Shown here: one piece after another, positions 10,935-19,996 of the stretch | Position numbering within the stretch: position 1 is the stretch's first letter | Layout: every line of letters starts with the position of its first letter | DNA from: an uncultured Actinomycetota bacterium | GTDB lineage: Bacteria; Actinomycetota; Actinomycetes; JAHEKZ01 | NCBI GenBank assembly: GCA_963829525.1 | Contig: CAWHIJ010000003.1 | Coordinates: 1,504,001 to 1,568,000, forward strand | Reading direction: 5' to 3' | Length of the DNA: 64,000 nucleotides | Made by a program: the position numbers and the translations under genes | The notes under the pieces: generated by a model | What the model was told of the DNA's origin: nothing | Seen by the model: only the letters and a program-made list of their open reading frames with translations | Databases searched by the model: none

Positions 10935-12168
10935 GTGAGCCGTTCTCCGTCGCAGCGCCCGATCGCGCTGATCGTCGCCCCCTTCGTGGCTGTGGCTGTG
11001 GTCGCCAGCGCAGGGGCCGGCTTCGCGGTAGGGATCGTGCAGCCACCACCTGAGCGGCCGGCAGGTACCGGGTGGTTCGACCGTTGGGCGAACGATGTCG
11101 GTGACACCACGCTCACCGAGTTCACCGCGATCGCAGCCGGTCATCAGCTCAGCAGCCGCGGCAAGCAGGCTCTCAGCGGTGCCGGCAACGCGCTGGCTGG
11201 GGTCCCGTTCGAGTCGTTTCAGGTGCGTCTGTCGCAATCGGACAGGCCGGACGTCGGCGATGTACTGAGTGGGTCGTTCGACGCCACCGCGATCGTCGAG
11301 TACCGCCTGCCACTGGACCGTGTGCTGGTCGGGCGCACGGCCGATGCCACGTTCCGCCTCAGCCCACACGGCTGGCGGCTGGTGCGGCTGGACGCGTCCG
11401 GCCGCGACCTGTGGGACCACGAGCCCGTCGACGTCACCGAGGATGGACAAACGCTCGTGATCGGTCGTCGTGGTGACGCCCGGTTGTCAGGCCTCGGAGC
11501 TCTTGCCGAGCGGGCCAGGCAGGACGTTGCCGCGTTCTGGACGGCGCGGTGGCCGCGGACCGCCGTCGTGGTGCTGCCATCGGCACCACGTCTGCTCGAT
11601 CCATTGGCCGGCACTGCGTCTGGGCAGCGACCAGGTGGCGGTTACCTTGTGGGCGAGTGGCTCTGACGGCCCGGTGATCCGGGTGCTGATGAACCCCGGC
11701 GTCTACGACCGGATGCCGACGCTGGCGCGCCAGATCGTCTTGCGCCACGAGATCACGCACGTGGCGCAGGACGCCCTTCCGCGCGACAACGTCCCGACGT
11801 GGCTGTCCGAGGGGTTGGCCGACTACGTGGGCTATCGCGGGTCCGGCGTCCCGGAGTCGGTCGTGGGCGCTCAGATCTTCGCGCAGACGCGGACCGCTGG
11901 CGCCCCGGAAGACCTTCCCACGGAGTCGGAGTTCAACCTCGACCGTCCTGGTGAGGAGCGCCGAGCGGCGTACCAGTCGGGATGGGCGTTCTGCCAGATG
12001 GTGGCCGATGAGTACGGCGATGACGCCCTGGTGCCGTTCTACGTGGCCGTGTCGCGGGGCGACGGGCCGGCCAAGGAGCGGCTCGACGCCGCAGCCGATG
12101 AGGTTCTCGGGACGTCGTACGACGATCTCCGGGCGAAGTGGCGCTCGTGGCTGACGGCCAACGCATGA
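10935..12168 (+). CDS. Exported zincin-like metallopeptidase (peptidase MA-like; frameshift near 11620)
   Basis: N-terminal hydrophobic segment; LRHEITHVA and PTWLSEGLADY in the downstream frame. Confidence 0.78.
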
Positions 12169-13475
12169 CGCCTCGCGTTGCGGCTGTCTGGGTCCTGGTC
12201 GCGGTTTTGGTCGTGCTCGTAGGCGCCGCCGCACTGCTCGTGCCGTGGGGGAGTGCCAGAGCGGCTACCGGCTCCATCACTCCCGACGCGACGATCGACT
12301 TCAGCGCAGCCGAGATCGCCATCGGCGACCGGCTGGCCAAGCTCCTTGTGGTGCCGGGACTCATCTCGATGGGGGTCAGCCTGGCGCTGACCCTTGCGCT
12401 GGGCCTAACCCCGCTAGGTGTGCGCATCGCGGGCGCCGTTGCGCGCCCACTCGGCGGTGGCTGGTTCTGGCAGGCGGCGCTCGGCGGGCTCGTGCTGCTG
12501 CTCATCGTTCGGCTCGCGACGCTTCCCTTCGGGGCGTGGGCGGAGTCGGTGCGGCAAGCAAACGGACTCTCCACGCGCAGCTGGTCGACGTGGGTGGTGG
12601 ACGTCGCAAAAGGCTTTGGCCTGAGCGCCGCGATCACGCTGGTCGCCCTCACCGTGCTGATCGGTCTGGCCCGCCGCTGGCCGGACTGGTGGTGGGTCGC
12701 AGGGGGCCTCGGGGCGGCGCTGCTGGTGGTCGCGGTCTCCTTCGCCTACCCGCTGGTCATCGAACCGGTGTTCAACAAGTTCACACCGATGGCTGACGGC
12801 GACCTGCGCACGAGTCTGCTGGCCCTTGCCGACGAGGACGGCGTCGCCGTCGATGACGTGCTGGTGGCCGACGCGAGCCGGCGGACGTCCACCTTGAACG
12901 CGTACGTGTCTGGGTTCGGCAGCAGCAGACGAATCGTTGTGTACGACACCCTCCTGGAGCAGGCACCAGATGCGGAGGTCGAAGCGGTTGTCGCACACGA
13001 GCTGGGCCATGTCTCCGACCACGACGTCATCACCGGCACCGTTCTCGGGGCCTTGGGAGCGACCGCCGTTGTGGTGCTGCTCTTCCTAGTCGGCGGATGG
13101 TTGCCGCTCGATCGGTGGTTGGGGATCTCAGGGGTTGGCGACGGGCGGTCGATCGCCTTCCTGCTGGCCTTTGTCGCCGTGGTCTCGTTCCTGTCGACTC
13201 CAGTGCAGAGCTTGGTCAGTCGCCAACTCGAGGCCCGAGCTGATGTGCATGCGCTCAATCTCACCGAGGACCCGCAAGCATTCGCGGAGATGCAGCGGCG
13301 GCTCGCGACAGCGTCGAAGTCCGACGTCACTCCGAACCGAGTGCTGTACCAATGGTTCGGCACTCATCCGACCGCAGCGGAGCGCATGGCGACGGCTCGT
13401 GCCTGGGCCCTGACGCACACGGGCATCACCGTTCCGCCACCGTTGTCGCCTGATCGTGTTCCTGGGGTGGGCTGA
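12165..13475 (+). CDS. M48 family (Ste24/HtpX-like) membrane metallopeptidase
   Basis: Multiple TMs; NAYVSGFG, AHELGH, EARAD, THP. Confidence 0.92.
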   Translation: MTPRVAAVWVLVAVLVVLVGAAALLVPWGSARAATGSITPDATIDFSAAEIAIGDRLAKLLVVPGLISMGVSLALTLALGLTPLGVRIAGAVARPLGGGWFWQAALGGLVLLLIVRLATLPFGAWAESVRQANGLSTRSWSTWVVDVAKGFGLSAAITLVALTVLIGLARRWPDWWWVAGGLGAALLVVAVSFAYPLVIEPVFNKFTPMADGDLRTSLLALADEDGVAVDDVLVADASRRTSTLNAYVSGFGSSRRIVVYDTLLEQAPDAEVEAVVAHELGHVSDHDVITGTVLGALGATAVVVLLFLVGGWLPLDRWLGISGVGDGRSIAFLLAFVAVVSFLSTPVQSLVSRQLEARADVHALNLTEDPQAFAEMQRRLATASKSDVTPNRVLYQWFGTHPTAAERMATARAWALTHTGITVPPPLSPDRVPGVG

Positions 13476-13476
13476 G

Positions 13477-14613
13477 GTGGCGCGCTTGCTGGTGGTGACG
13501 AACGACTTCCCGCCACGGCCCGGTGGCATCCAGACGTTCGTACACGAGCTCGTTCGCCGGCTCGACCCCGCCGACGTCGTCGTCTACACGTCGCAATGGA
13601 AGGGGTGGGAGGCGTTCGACCGCGATCAGCCGTTCGAGGTGGTGCGCGAAGACACGTCGATGCTGCTGCCGACACCTGCCGTGCGTCGGTGTGCGAAAGG
13701 TCTGGTGCGTTCACGCGGATGTGATGCGGTGCTCTTCGGGGCGGCAGCTCCGCTGGCGCTGCTCGGGCCATCGTTGCGAGAGGCTGGGGCATCCCGGTTG
13801 GTCGCGCTGACCCATGGCCATGAGGCCGGATGGGCGCAGCTGCCGGGACCGCGGCAGGTGCTGCGTCGGATCGGTGACGGAGTTGACGTCGTCACCTACC
13901 TGGGGGAGTACACGCGGAGCCGGATCGCGGAGGCGCTGTCGCCCGCTGCCGCCGAGCGGATGGTGCGGTTGACCCCCGGCGTCGACGCTGACGTCTTCAC
14001 TCCGGAGGCGGACGGCACGGCGATCCGGCAGCGGTATGGCTTGGGGGGCCGTCCCGTGGTCGTCTGTGTCTCACGGCTGATGCGGCGCAAGGGCCAGGAC
14101 ACCTTGATCGAGGCATTCCCCGCGCTCAAGCGGCGCGTGCCGGACGCCGCGCTGTTAGTCGTGGGGGGCGGGCCCTATCGCGCTCGGTTGGCGGAGCTGG
14201 CTCAGGACTCGACGTGGGGTGAGGACATCATCTTCACCGGGTCGGTGCCGTGGCCGGAGCTTCCCGCCCATTACGCCGCGGGGGACGTCTTCGCGATGCC
14301 GTGCCGCACCCGACGTCGTGGGTTGGACGTGGAGGGTCTGGGCATCGTGTACCTGGAGGCGTCGGCGACCGGCTTACCGGTGCTGGCCGGTGACTCCGGC
14401 GGAGCGCCAGACGCTGTGCTCTCCGGTGAGACCGGCTGGGTGGTCTCAGCCGGAGTCGGCGCGCCTGCTGAGATGGTTGGGCGCCTGGAGGAGCTGTTGG
14501 GCGACGCCGACCTGCGGGCCACCGTTGGGCAGCGGGGAAGAGCCTGGGTGCAGGACGAGTGGTCGTGGGATCGTCAGGTGGAGCGGCTGCAGGGTTTGGT
14601 CGCGGCGCGCTAG
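13477..14613 (+). CDS. GT4 glycosyltransferase (PimB'-like)
   Basis: LVVTNDFPPRPGGIQ, THGHE, SRL..RKGQD, DVEGLGIVYLEA. Confidence 0.9.
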   Translation: MARLLVVTNDFPPRPGGIQTFVHELVRRLDPADVVVYTSQWKGWEAFDRDQPFEVVREDTSMLLPTPAVRRCAKGLVRSRGCDAVLFGAAAPLALLGPSLREAGASRLVALTHGHEAGWAQLPGPRQVLRRIGDGVDVVTYLGEYTRSRIAEALSPAAAERMVRLTPGVDADVFTPEADGTAIRQRYGLGGRPVVVCVSRLMRRKGQDTLIEAFPALKRRVPDAALLVVGGGPYRARLAELAQDSTWGEDIIFTGSVPWPELPAHYAAGDVFAMPCRTRRRGLDVEGLGIVYLEASATGLPVLAGDSGGAPDAVLSGETGWVVSAGVGAPAEMVGRLEELLGDADLRATVGQRGRAWVQDEWSWDRQVERLQGLVAAR

Positions 14614-14620
14614 CCGGCGG

Positions 14621-14800
14621 TCAGCAGTTTCCTGCTCCGTTGGTGACCTGCTGGCATGAGTCCGTGTAGGAGGCGAAGACTGTCTGGCCGAGCACGAAGA
14701 CGATGGATGCCACGACTGCGGCAATCCCCACGACGATGAGGGCGTACTCAACGGCCGAGGCGCCATCGTCGGCGACAGAGTTCCTGTGAATGTCGGTCAT
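14621..14800 (-). CDS. flp: Flp family type IVb pilin (59 aa; absent from the ORF track)
   Basis: Manual translation MTDIHRNSVADDG/ASAVEYALIVVGIAAVVASIVFVLGQTVFASYTDSCQQVTNGAGNC; G/xxxxEY Flp motif; GAGGGGG RBS. Confidence 0.9.
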   Translation of the reverse strand: MTDIHRNSVADDGASAVEYALIVVGIAAVVASIVFVLGQTVFASYTDSCQQVTNGAGNC

Positions 14801-14845
14801 TGCTGTTCCCCCTCGGTTGGCCGGACTGCCCTTGCGGGTGTTGGA

Positions 14846-14883
14846 AGCAGAAGGGCGAGACCATCGGGTCTCGCCCTTCTGCT
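14846..14883. terminator. Perfect 17-bp stem-loop between the two pilin genes
   Basis: agcagaagggcgagacc-atcg-ggtctcgcccttctgct. Confidence 0.8.
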
Positions 14884-14910
14884 ACTCACATGGTGCTCAC
14901 TGCTTTGGAA

Positions 14911-15104
14911 CTAGCAGCCCGAGTTCTGAATGCAGTCGTTGGTGGTGGTGAATGCGTCGAGGATGTTGTCCGCCGAGAGTGAACACGATGGCGGCAATGA
15001 CGGCGGCGATGGCCGCGACAAGCAGGCCGTACTCAACGGCTGACGCACCGTCATCGTTGCGAGAAGTCGAGCAGTGCGCGGACGTACTGGATCTGAGCGG
15101 TCAT
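14911..15104 (-). CDS. flp: Flp family type IVb pilin, probably the major pilin (two apparent +1 frameshifts near 15065 and 14960)
   Basis: Reconstructed MTAQIQYVRALLD.SRNDDG/ASAVEYGLLVAAIAAVIAAIVFTLG.NILDAFTTTNDCIQNSGC; AAAGGGA RBS; strong hairpin downstream. Confidence 0.85.
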
Positions 15105-15323
15105 GAGAGAAAGTCCCTTTCGGTAGCCCTGTGTTCCGTTGTCCCCAGGTGGGGTGTCCGGGCCCCCCTCGGGCTCCGGCTCCATAAGGATGCGGGATTC
15201 CGAGGATGATCAACATCGGCTGGCGGTCCGGCAATCGCTGTCCGATCGGTTGACCCCCAATCGGGTGACGCGCGGTAGCTCTTCCTTGACACCGCGCGCT
15301 GCTCGTGGTCGAGCTGACCGCGT

Positions 15324-15965
15324 CTACGAGGTAGCTTCGGGTGGTTCGATGAGGCCCGCGCGCAACGCCGCCATGATGGCCTGGGCGCGGTTGCCCGCCC
15401 CCAGCTTCTCGTAGAGCTTGGAGATGTGGGTCTTCGTGGTGGAGTCGCTGATGAAGAGGCGTCGCGATATCTGCGCGACCCCCAGGCCCTCCGCCAGCAG
15501 GTCGAGTACCTCCTTCTCGCGGGGTGAGAGCTGCGGGCCGGTTGGAGACATCCGGCGGCGCATCGCGTCGGCCAGGTCGGGTGCGGTGAAGGACCGGGGC
15601 GAGCTCGCCGCGTGACGGGCAGCGATGACGACATCGTCAGCCGGCGCGTCCTTGGGGACGAAAGCCGAGGCTCCGGCATCGAGGGCGCCGAACAGCTGGT
15701 CGTCACCGGCGTACATGGTCAGGACCACGATCCCGAGCTGGGGGTAGGTGCTGCGCGCCTCGCGGGCGGCATCGAGGCCGCTGCCGTCGGGCAGTCGAAC
15801 GTCGAAGATGACCACGTCAGGGCGGTGTTCGGCCAACTGGGTACGCGCCTCAGCCACTGACGCGGCCTCGGCGGCGACCTCGAAGTCAGCCGAGCGCTCG
15901 AAAGCGCGGCGCAGGCCCTCGCGGATCAGCTGATGGTCGTCAACGAGCAGCACGCGAATCGTCAT
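15324..15965 (-). CDS. NarL/LuxR-family response regulator
   Basis: VLLVDDH, DVVIFDVRLPD, FVPK; HTH LSPREKEVL...TTKTHISKLYEKLG. Confidence 0.95.
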   Translation of the reverse strand: MTIRVLLVDDHQLIREGLRRAFERSADFEVAAEAASVAEARTQLAEHRPDVVIFDVRLPDGSGLDAAREARSTYPQLGIVVLTMYAGDDQLFGALDAGASAFVPKDAPADDVVIAARHAASSPRSFTAPDLADAMRRRMSPTGPQLSPREKEVLDLLAEGLGVAQISRRLFISDSTTKTHISKLYEKLGAGNRAQAIMAALRAGLIEPPEATS

Positions 15966-17583
15966 GCTCGTCGTCCCTCCCCCTTGTGCCGATGCCGGTG
16001 TCGAGTGCATCCGGCTCTCGTGGTCGGACCTCCACGCTAGTGCCTCCGCCCGATCGGGTGGTGACGTTCAACGTGCATCCGGCCCGTAAGGCGCGCTCTT
16101 GCATGATTGCCATACCGAAACTGTCTTCACGTGGAGGGAGCAGACCTCGGCCGTCATCCTCGACTCGCAGGTACACGTCGGGGGCATCGATCAGGCACGT
16201 CACCCAGAGATTCTGCGCCCGGCTGTGTCGGCGGGCATTGGCGATGGCCTCCTGGGCAATGCGCAGCAGCTCTGACTCGACGGCCGGTCGAAGTCGGGTA
16301 GGCGACTCAGCGAGCTCGAGATGGATCGCGATTCCGGCGGACTCACCGATGTGGCGGGTGTGGTCGGCGAGCACGGAGGTGAGGCTGGCACCCGGGCCGA
16401 CCTCGCGACGCAGGTCGAAGATCGAGTAGCGCAGCTCACCGATGACCCGCGTCAGCTCCTCGCGAAGGCGAAGCAGGTCTGGCCGAAGGGGCTCTGTGGC
16501 CCGCGCTGCCATGTCGTCGATGAGATACCCCAGGGACGCGACTTCCTGGGCAACTCCGTCGTGGATCTCGCGCGCGAGGCGCTGCCGCTCCTCGGCAGTC
16601 GCAAGGGTGCGAACTTCGTCGAACAGCAGCGCAGCATCGAGGCGTACGGCGTCGGCGTCGGCTACTGATTGCATGTCAGCGAGCTCCCCCTTGGTCCAGG
16701 GCTGATCGCGGCGCTCGACGGCAACCAGACCGACCAAGGTGTCCCTGATGCGGATGGGGACTATGGCCCCGTTCATCGAAGGATCAGTGCCCAACGGACC
16801 ACCGACCGCCCGAACCTCTCGCTTCTCCATCACCTGGTGCCAGACGGTTCCCGCGGCGAGATCGGTGAAAAGCTCTGCATCAACACCTGGACCGAAGGCC
16901 AGCAAGACGGGTTGGCCACCGGTGCGGTAGCCGTAGACCCAACCGCGGGTCATCCCGAATCGCTCGCGGAGGTCGTCCAGGAGAGTGGAGCCGAGCGACA
17001 CCGCATCCAGACCCCCAGAGAGCTCGCGAGAGAGGTCGCGAAGCTGGACGAGCAGGCGCGCCGCGGCAGCGTAGGACTGGTCGTCGTCAGGAAGTTCGGT
17101 CTGAACACGACGGACCCACGCTGCGAGGAGTCCAACCGCAAGGGCGATCAGCGACCACTGAACTACATCGACGATGTACTCCGACCCAGCCAGGCCACCA
17201 ATCCCGGCCGCGCCGGGCGTCAGGAGGCCGAGGATGGTGGCGCCTGATGTGATCACCGCCAAGGTCCAGCCACCGATGAGCCCAGCGGAAAGTGCCGGGG
17301 TGACCAGGTAGGGCAACAGTGAAGGGTCGTACGGGTCCGCGGTCGCGATGATCAGGCCAGCGATCAGGGCCTCGACCACCGGGCGCCAGCGCCGCAGGCT
17401 CCGGGTCTGCACGGGTAGCACCGCAGCGACGGCCAGAACGCTGAGCAGGAGGAGCTGGACGATGAGCTCATCGGCCGTTCCGGTGATGGCCGCCACCGCA
17501 TACATCAGACCCAGGGCAGCCGCCCTGACCCCGATTTCGATGCGCTCATCGTCCAGTTGTCCCAGCACCCGGTCACGTACCAC
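15940..17583 (-). CDS. Membrane sensor histidine kinase (multi-TM, GAF-like, HisKA_3, HATPase)
   Basis: EERQRLAREIHDGVAQ H-box, QEAIANARRHS N-box, VEDDGRG, FGMAIMQERA, GGTSV. Confidence 0.93.
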   Translation of the reverse strand: MVRDRVLGQLDDERIEIGVRAAALGLMYAVAAITGTADELIVQLLLLSVLAVAAVLPVQTRSLRRWRPVVEALIAGLIIATADPYDPSLLPYLVTPALSAGLIGGWTLAVITSGATILGLLTPGAAGIGGLAGSEYIVDVVQWSLIALAVGLLAAWVRRVQTELPDDDQSYAAAARLLVQLRDLSRELSGGLDAVSLGSTLLDDLRERFGMTRGWVYGYRTGGQPVLLAFGPGVDAELFTDLAAGTVWHQVMEKREVRAVGGPLGTDPSMNGAIVPIRIRDTLVGLVAVERRDQPWTKGELADMQSVADADAVRLDAALLFDEVRTLATAEERQRLAREIHDGVAQEVASLGYLIDDMAARATEPLRPDLLRLREELTRVIGELRYSIFDLRREVGPGASLTSVLADHTRHIGESAGIAIHLELAESPTRLRPAVESELLRIAQEAIANARRHSRAQNLWVTCLIDAPDVYLRVEDDGRGLLPPREDSFGMAIMQERALRAGCTLNVTTRSGGGTSVEVRPREPDALDTGIGTRGRDDEHDDSRAAR

Positions 17584-17703
17584 GCCTCCACGGTGTCACA
17601 GCCGGGGGCGAATCGAGTCGATCCACGCGCGCTCATGCCGCCAAACGTGGGCTATCTGGCAAAGTCCCGGCGGTGGAGGCTGCCTTGTGATTCCATTTCA
17701 GAC

Positions 17704-18705
17704 ATGTCTGACCAGTTGTTCTCCCTCAGTGACGTGCTCGATGCCACAGATCGACGCCTGGATGCCGGCCTGACCGCCGCCGCACGCGTGACACCCACCG
17801 GGTTCCATCCCCTCGACACCTATCTCGGTGGAGGCCTGCGTGCGGGCGAGCTCACCCTTCTGGGAGGGCCGCAGGGTCTGGGCAAGACGACGATGGCCCT
17901 GCAGCTTCTTCGCAATGTCGTGGTGAGTGGCGGCACCGGGCTCTACTTCTCGTTCGAGCACGACCCAGCCACGGTGCTCGAACGGTTTGTCGCCATCGAG
18001 GCGGCGGCTCGCTATGGCATCGATGCCGTCCAGCTTCGGCGCATCCGTGAGGCGATGGAGAGCTTGGACGGCCACAGCGGAGGGTTGGCCGAACGGCTGG
18101 CCAACACCCCTGGGGGAGCCGAGGCCGTTGACGCCGTGGGGAAGTACGCACCCCGTCTGCACATTCACCGCGCCAGCGGTGGGGCCACCGACCTCGCCTC
18201 GATCCGGTCGATGGTGGACGCGGTCATCGCCGAGAGTGGCGCTCCACCGGTGGTCGTCGTCGACTACCTGCAGAAGGTTCCTGTGCTTGATCGACCCCTC
18301 TCCGAAGAAGACCGCATCACCACCGTTGCGCAGGGGCTGAAAGACCTCGCCCTGGAACGCGATGTCCCGGTCCTGGCAGTGGTTGCTTCTGACAAGGAAG
18401 GGATCACCAGCGGTCGCAGGATGCGGGTGCACCACCTGCGCGGAGCTGCGGTGTTGGCCTACGAGGCCGACGTTGTACTCGTGATCAACGACAAGTACGA
18501 CGTGGTCGCGCGACACCACCTGGTGTTCGACGTCGGCAATGCCGAGCGCTTCCGCGACTACGTCGTGGTCACGATCGAGAAGAACCGCACGGGAATCGAC
18601 CGGGTCGACCTGGAGTTCCGGAAGCGATTCGAGCAAGGTCGATTCGAGACCGAAGGTCGGCCGGTGGCAGAGCAGCTGGTGGACGAGCGGGTGTTCGTCG
18701 AGTGA
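17704..18705 (+). CDS. Stand-alone DnaB C-terminal-like (RecA-fold) ATPase
   Basis: TGFHPLD, Walker A GPQGLGKT, FSFE, VVVDYLQ, LKDLALERDVPV, YEADVV, IEKNRTG; lacks the DnaB N-terminal domain. Confidence 0.85.
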   Translation: MSDQLFSLSDVLDATDRRLDAGLTAAARVTPTGFHPLDTYLGGGLRAGELTLLGGPQGLGKTTMALQLLRNVVVSGGTGLYFSFEHDPATVLERFVAIEAAARYGIDAVQLRRIREAMESLDGHSGGLAERLANTPGGAEAVDAVGKYAPRLHIHRASGGATDLASIRSMVDAVIAESGAPPVVVVDYLQKVPVLDRPLSEEDRITTVAQGLKDLALERDVPVLAVVASDKEGITSGRRMRVHHLRGAAVLAYEADVVLVINDKYDVVARHHLVFDVGNAERFRDYVVVTIEKNRTGIDRVDLEFRKRFEQGRFETEGRPVAEQLVDERVFVE

Positions 18706-18708
18706 CGC

Positions 18709-19993
18709 TCAGGTCCTTGGGAAGTCTTGGATGTCGATGTGCCTGGCTAACAGCCTGGCCAGCGACCTGACATCGATCGCTCGCTGCAGGAGTGGGCCGG
18801 CCTCCTCGGCCAGGCCAGCCAGCGCGGCCAGGGATGCCTCGCTGAACGGCTCTTTGCGGTCGCGGGACAGCACCAGCACCGCGTGCACCTGAGTGACCGG
18901 AACCGCCATGAGGTGAGTGCGGCTCGCGAGCGGCGCACCGCGAAGATCCTGGCGGGCGACGTCACTCTCTTCGATCAGGATTCCCTTGCCTGCGTTCGCG
19001 ATTCTCTCGACGAGCCACGAATCTGGAGCGAGCTGGAGGCGGTACTCCAGCGGCCGCAGTGCGACTCCGGCCGCGACGCGCCATATTGATCCCGTCCGGG
19101 ACGATAAGTGCTCCGGCATCGGCCATGGTGCGACTGACCGCGTCCTCGACAACGACCGTCGCGGCTTCCTCGAGCGTGTAGAAAAGATGCGCTTCCTCAA
19201 GCAGAGCATGGACGGGATCGGCTGCAGAGAGGCTGTCCCCGGCGACTGTCCGCTTCGCCAGATCAGCAGTGGGTGGCTCGGAAGGGTCGAGGCGCAACGG
19301 GGGCGATTCGTAGCCTTCGCGTTCAGCATTCACAGCGTCGCGACGACGTCGACGCCCCGTGCGTTGAGGGACCGGGAGTGGCGCTGGTTCAGGGAGGGGC
19401 GCGGGTTCGGGGAGTGGTTCTGGTTCGGGGAGTGGTTCTGGTTCGGGGAGTGGTTCTGGTTCGGGGAGTGGAGCTGGTTGGGGGACCGGCGAGGATGGCG
19501 GAGGGGCCGGCAGCGGCGGCAAGACTTCCTGATCGAGCAGGTCGGGGTCCGGAAGTATTGCGAACTCTGGTACCTCGTCGAGCAGACGCTGGTCTGCCGG
19601 TTCGGAGCTTGTCTCGTGCCCGACGGGGCTTGGTGCCATGCGAGGGTGACGGAGGACCTCCGTCACGGCCTTCTGGAGCCGTTGGGGGTCGAGGGGAAGC
19701 GAGAGCAGGTCGACACCGGGAAGGTCCGCGACGTCCGCATCGATCCAGGCCCGATCGTACGCTGCCACCACAACGACGGGAACCCACCGGCCCTGGGCTC
19801 TCAGGTCACCGACGACGCGGCTGGCGACGGAAGGAGATCCGAGATCGAGCACCAGTGCGTCAACACCGACGTCTTCGCCGCTCGCAAGCCACTCGTCCAG
19901 CTCGTTCGCTCGGATCTCGATCAGACTGTGCTTGGTCGCCGACAACGCCATCGACATGGCCGGGTTTCGCGAGACGAGCGCTAGCCGCGCCAT
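18709..19993 (-). CDS. Pseudo-receiver, Pro/Glu linker and GAF-like domain protein (frameshift near 19088)
   Basis: N-terminal alpha/beta pattern with ALVLDL and PVVVVA; PEPEPL repeats; C-terminal ADAGALIVPDG/IWRVAAG...LMAVPV...VLVLSR...PFSEASLAAL pattern of GAF domains. Confidence 0.7.
19386..19475. repeat. 18-nt tandem repeat encoding PEPEPL
   Basis: GGTTCGGGGAGTGGTTCT three times exactly (19404-19457) with degenerate flanking copies. Confidence 0.9.
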
Positions 19994-19996
19994 GGA

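Noticed and set aside
15105-15135. c-di-GMP-I riboswitch-like string CACAGGGCTACCGAAAGGGAC upstream of flp (minus strand)
   Set aside because: It lacks the GCAAA segments and second stem, and the matching bases are the ribosome-binding site.
17704-18705. DnaB-like gene as a sign of a prophage or ICE
   Set aside because: No integrase, primase, structural or conjugation genes and no att-like repeats seen.
19386-19475. Repeat array as a possible CRISPR
   Set aside because: Head-to-tail 18-mers without spacers, in frame within a coding linker; no cas genes.
18917-19984. 355-aa plus-strand ORF with EWFWFG repeats
   Set aside because: Antisense shadow of the PEPEPL repeat gene.
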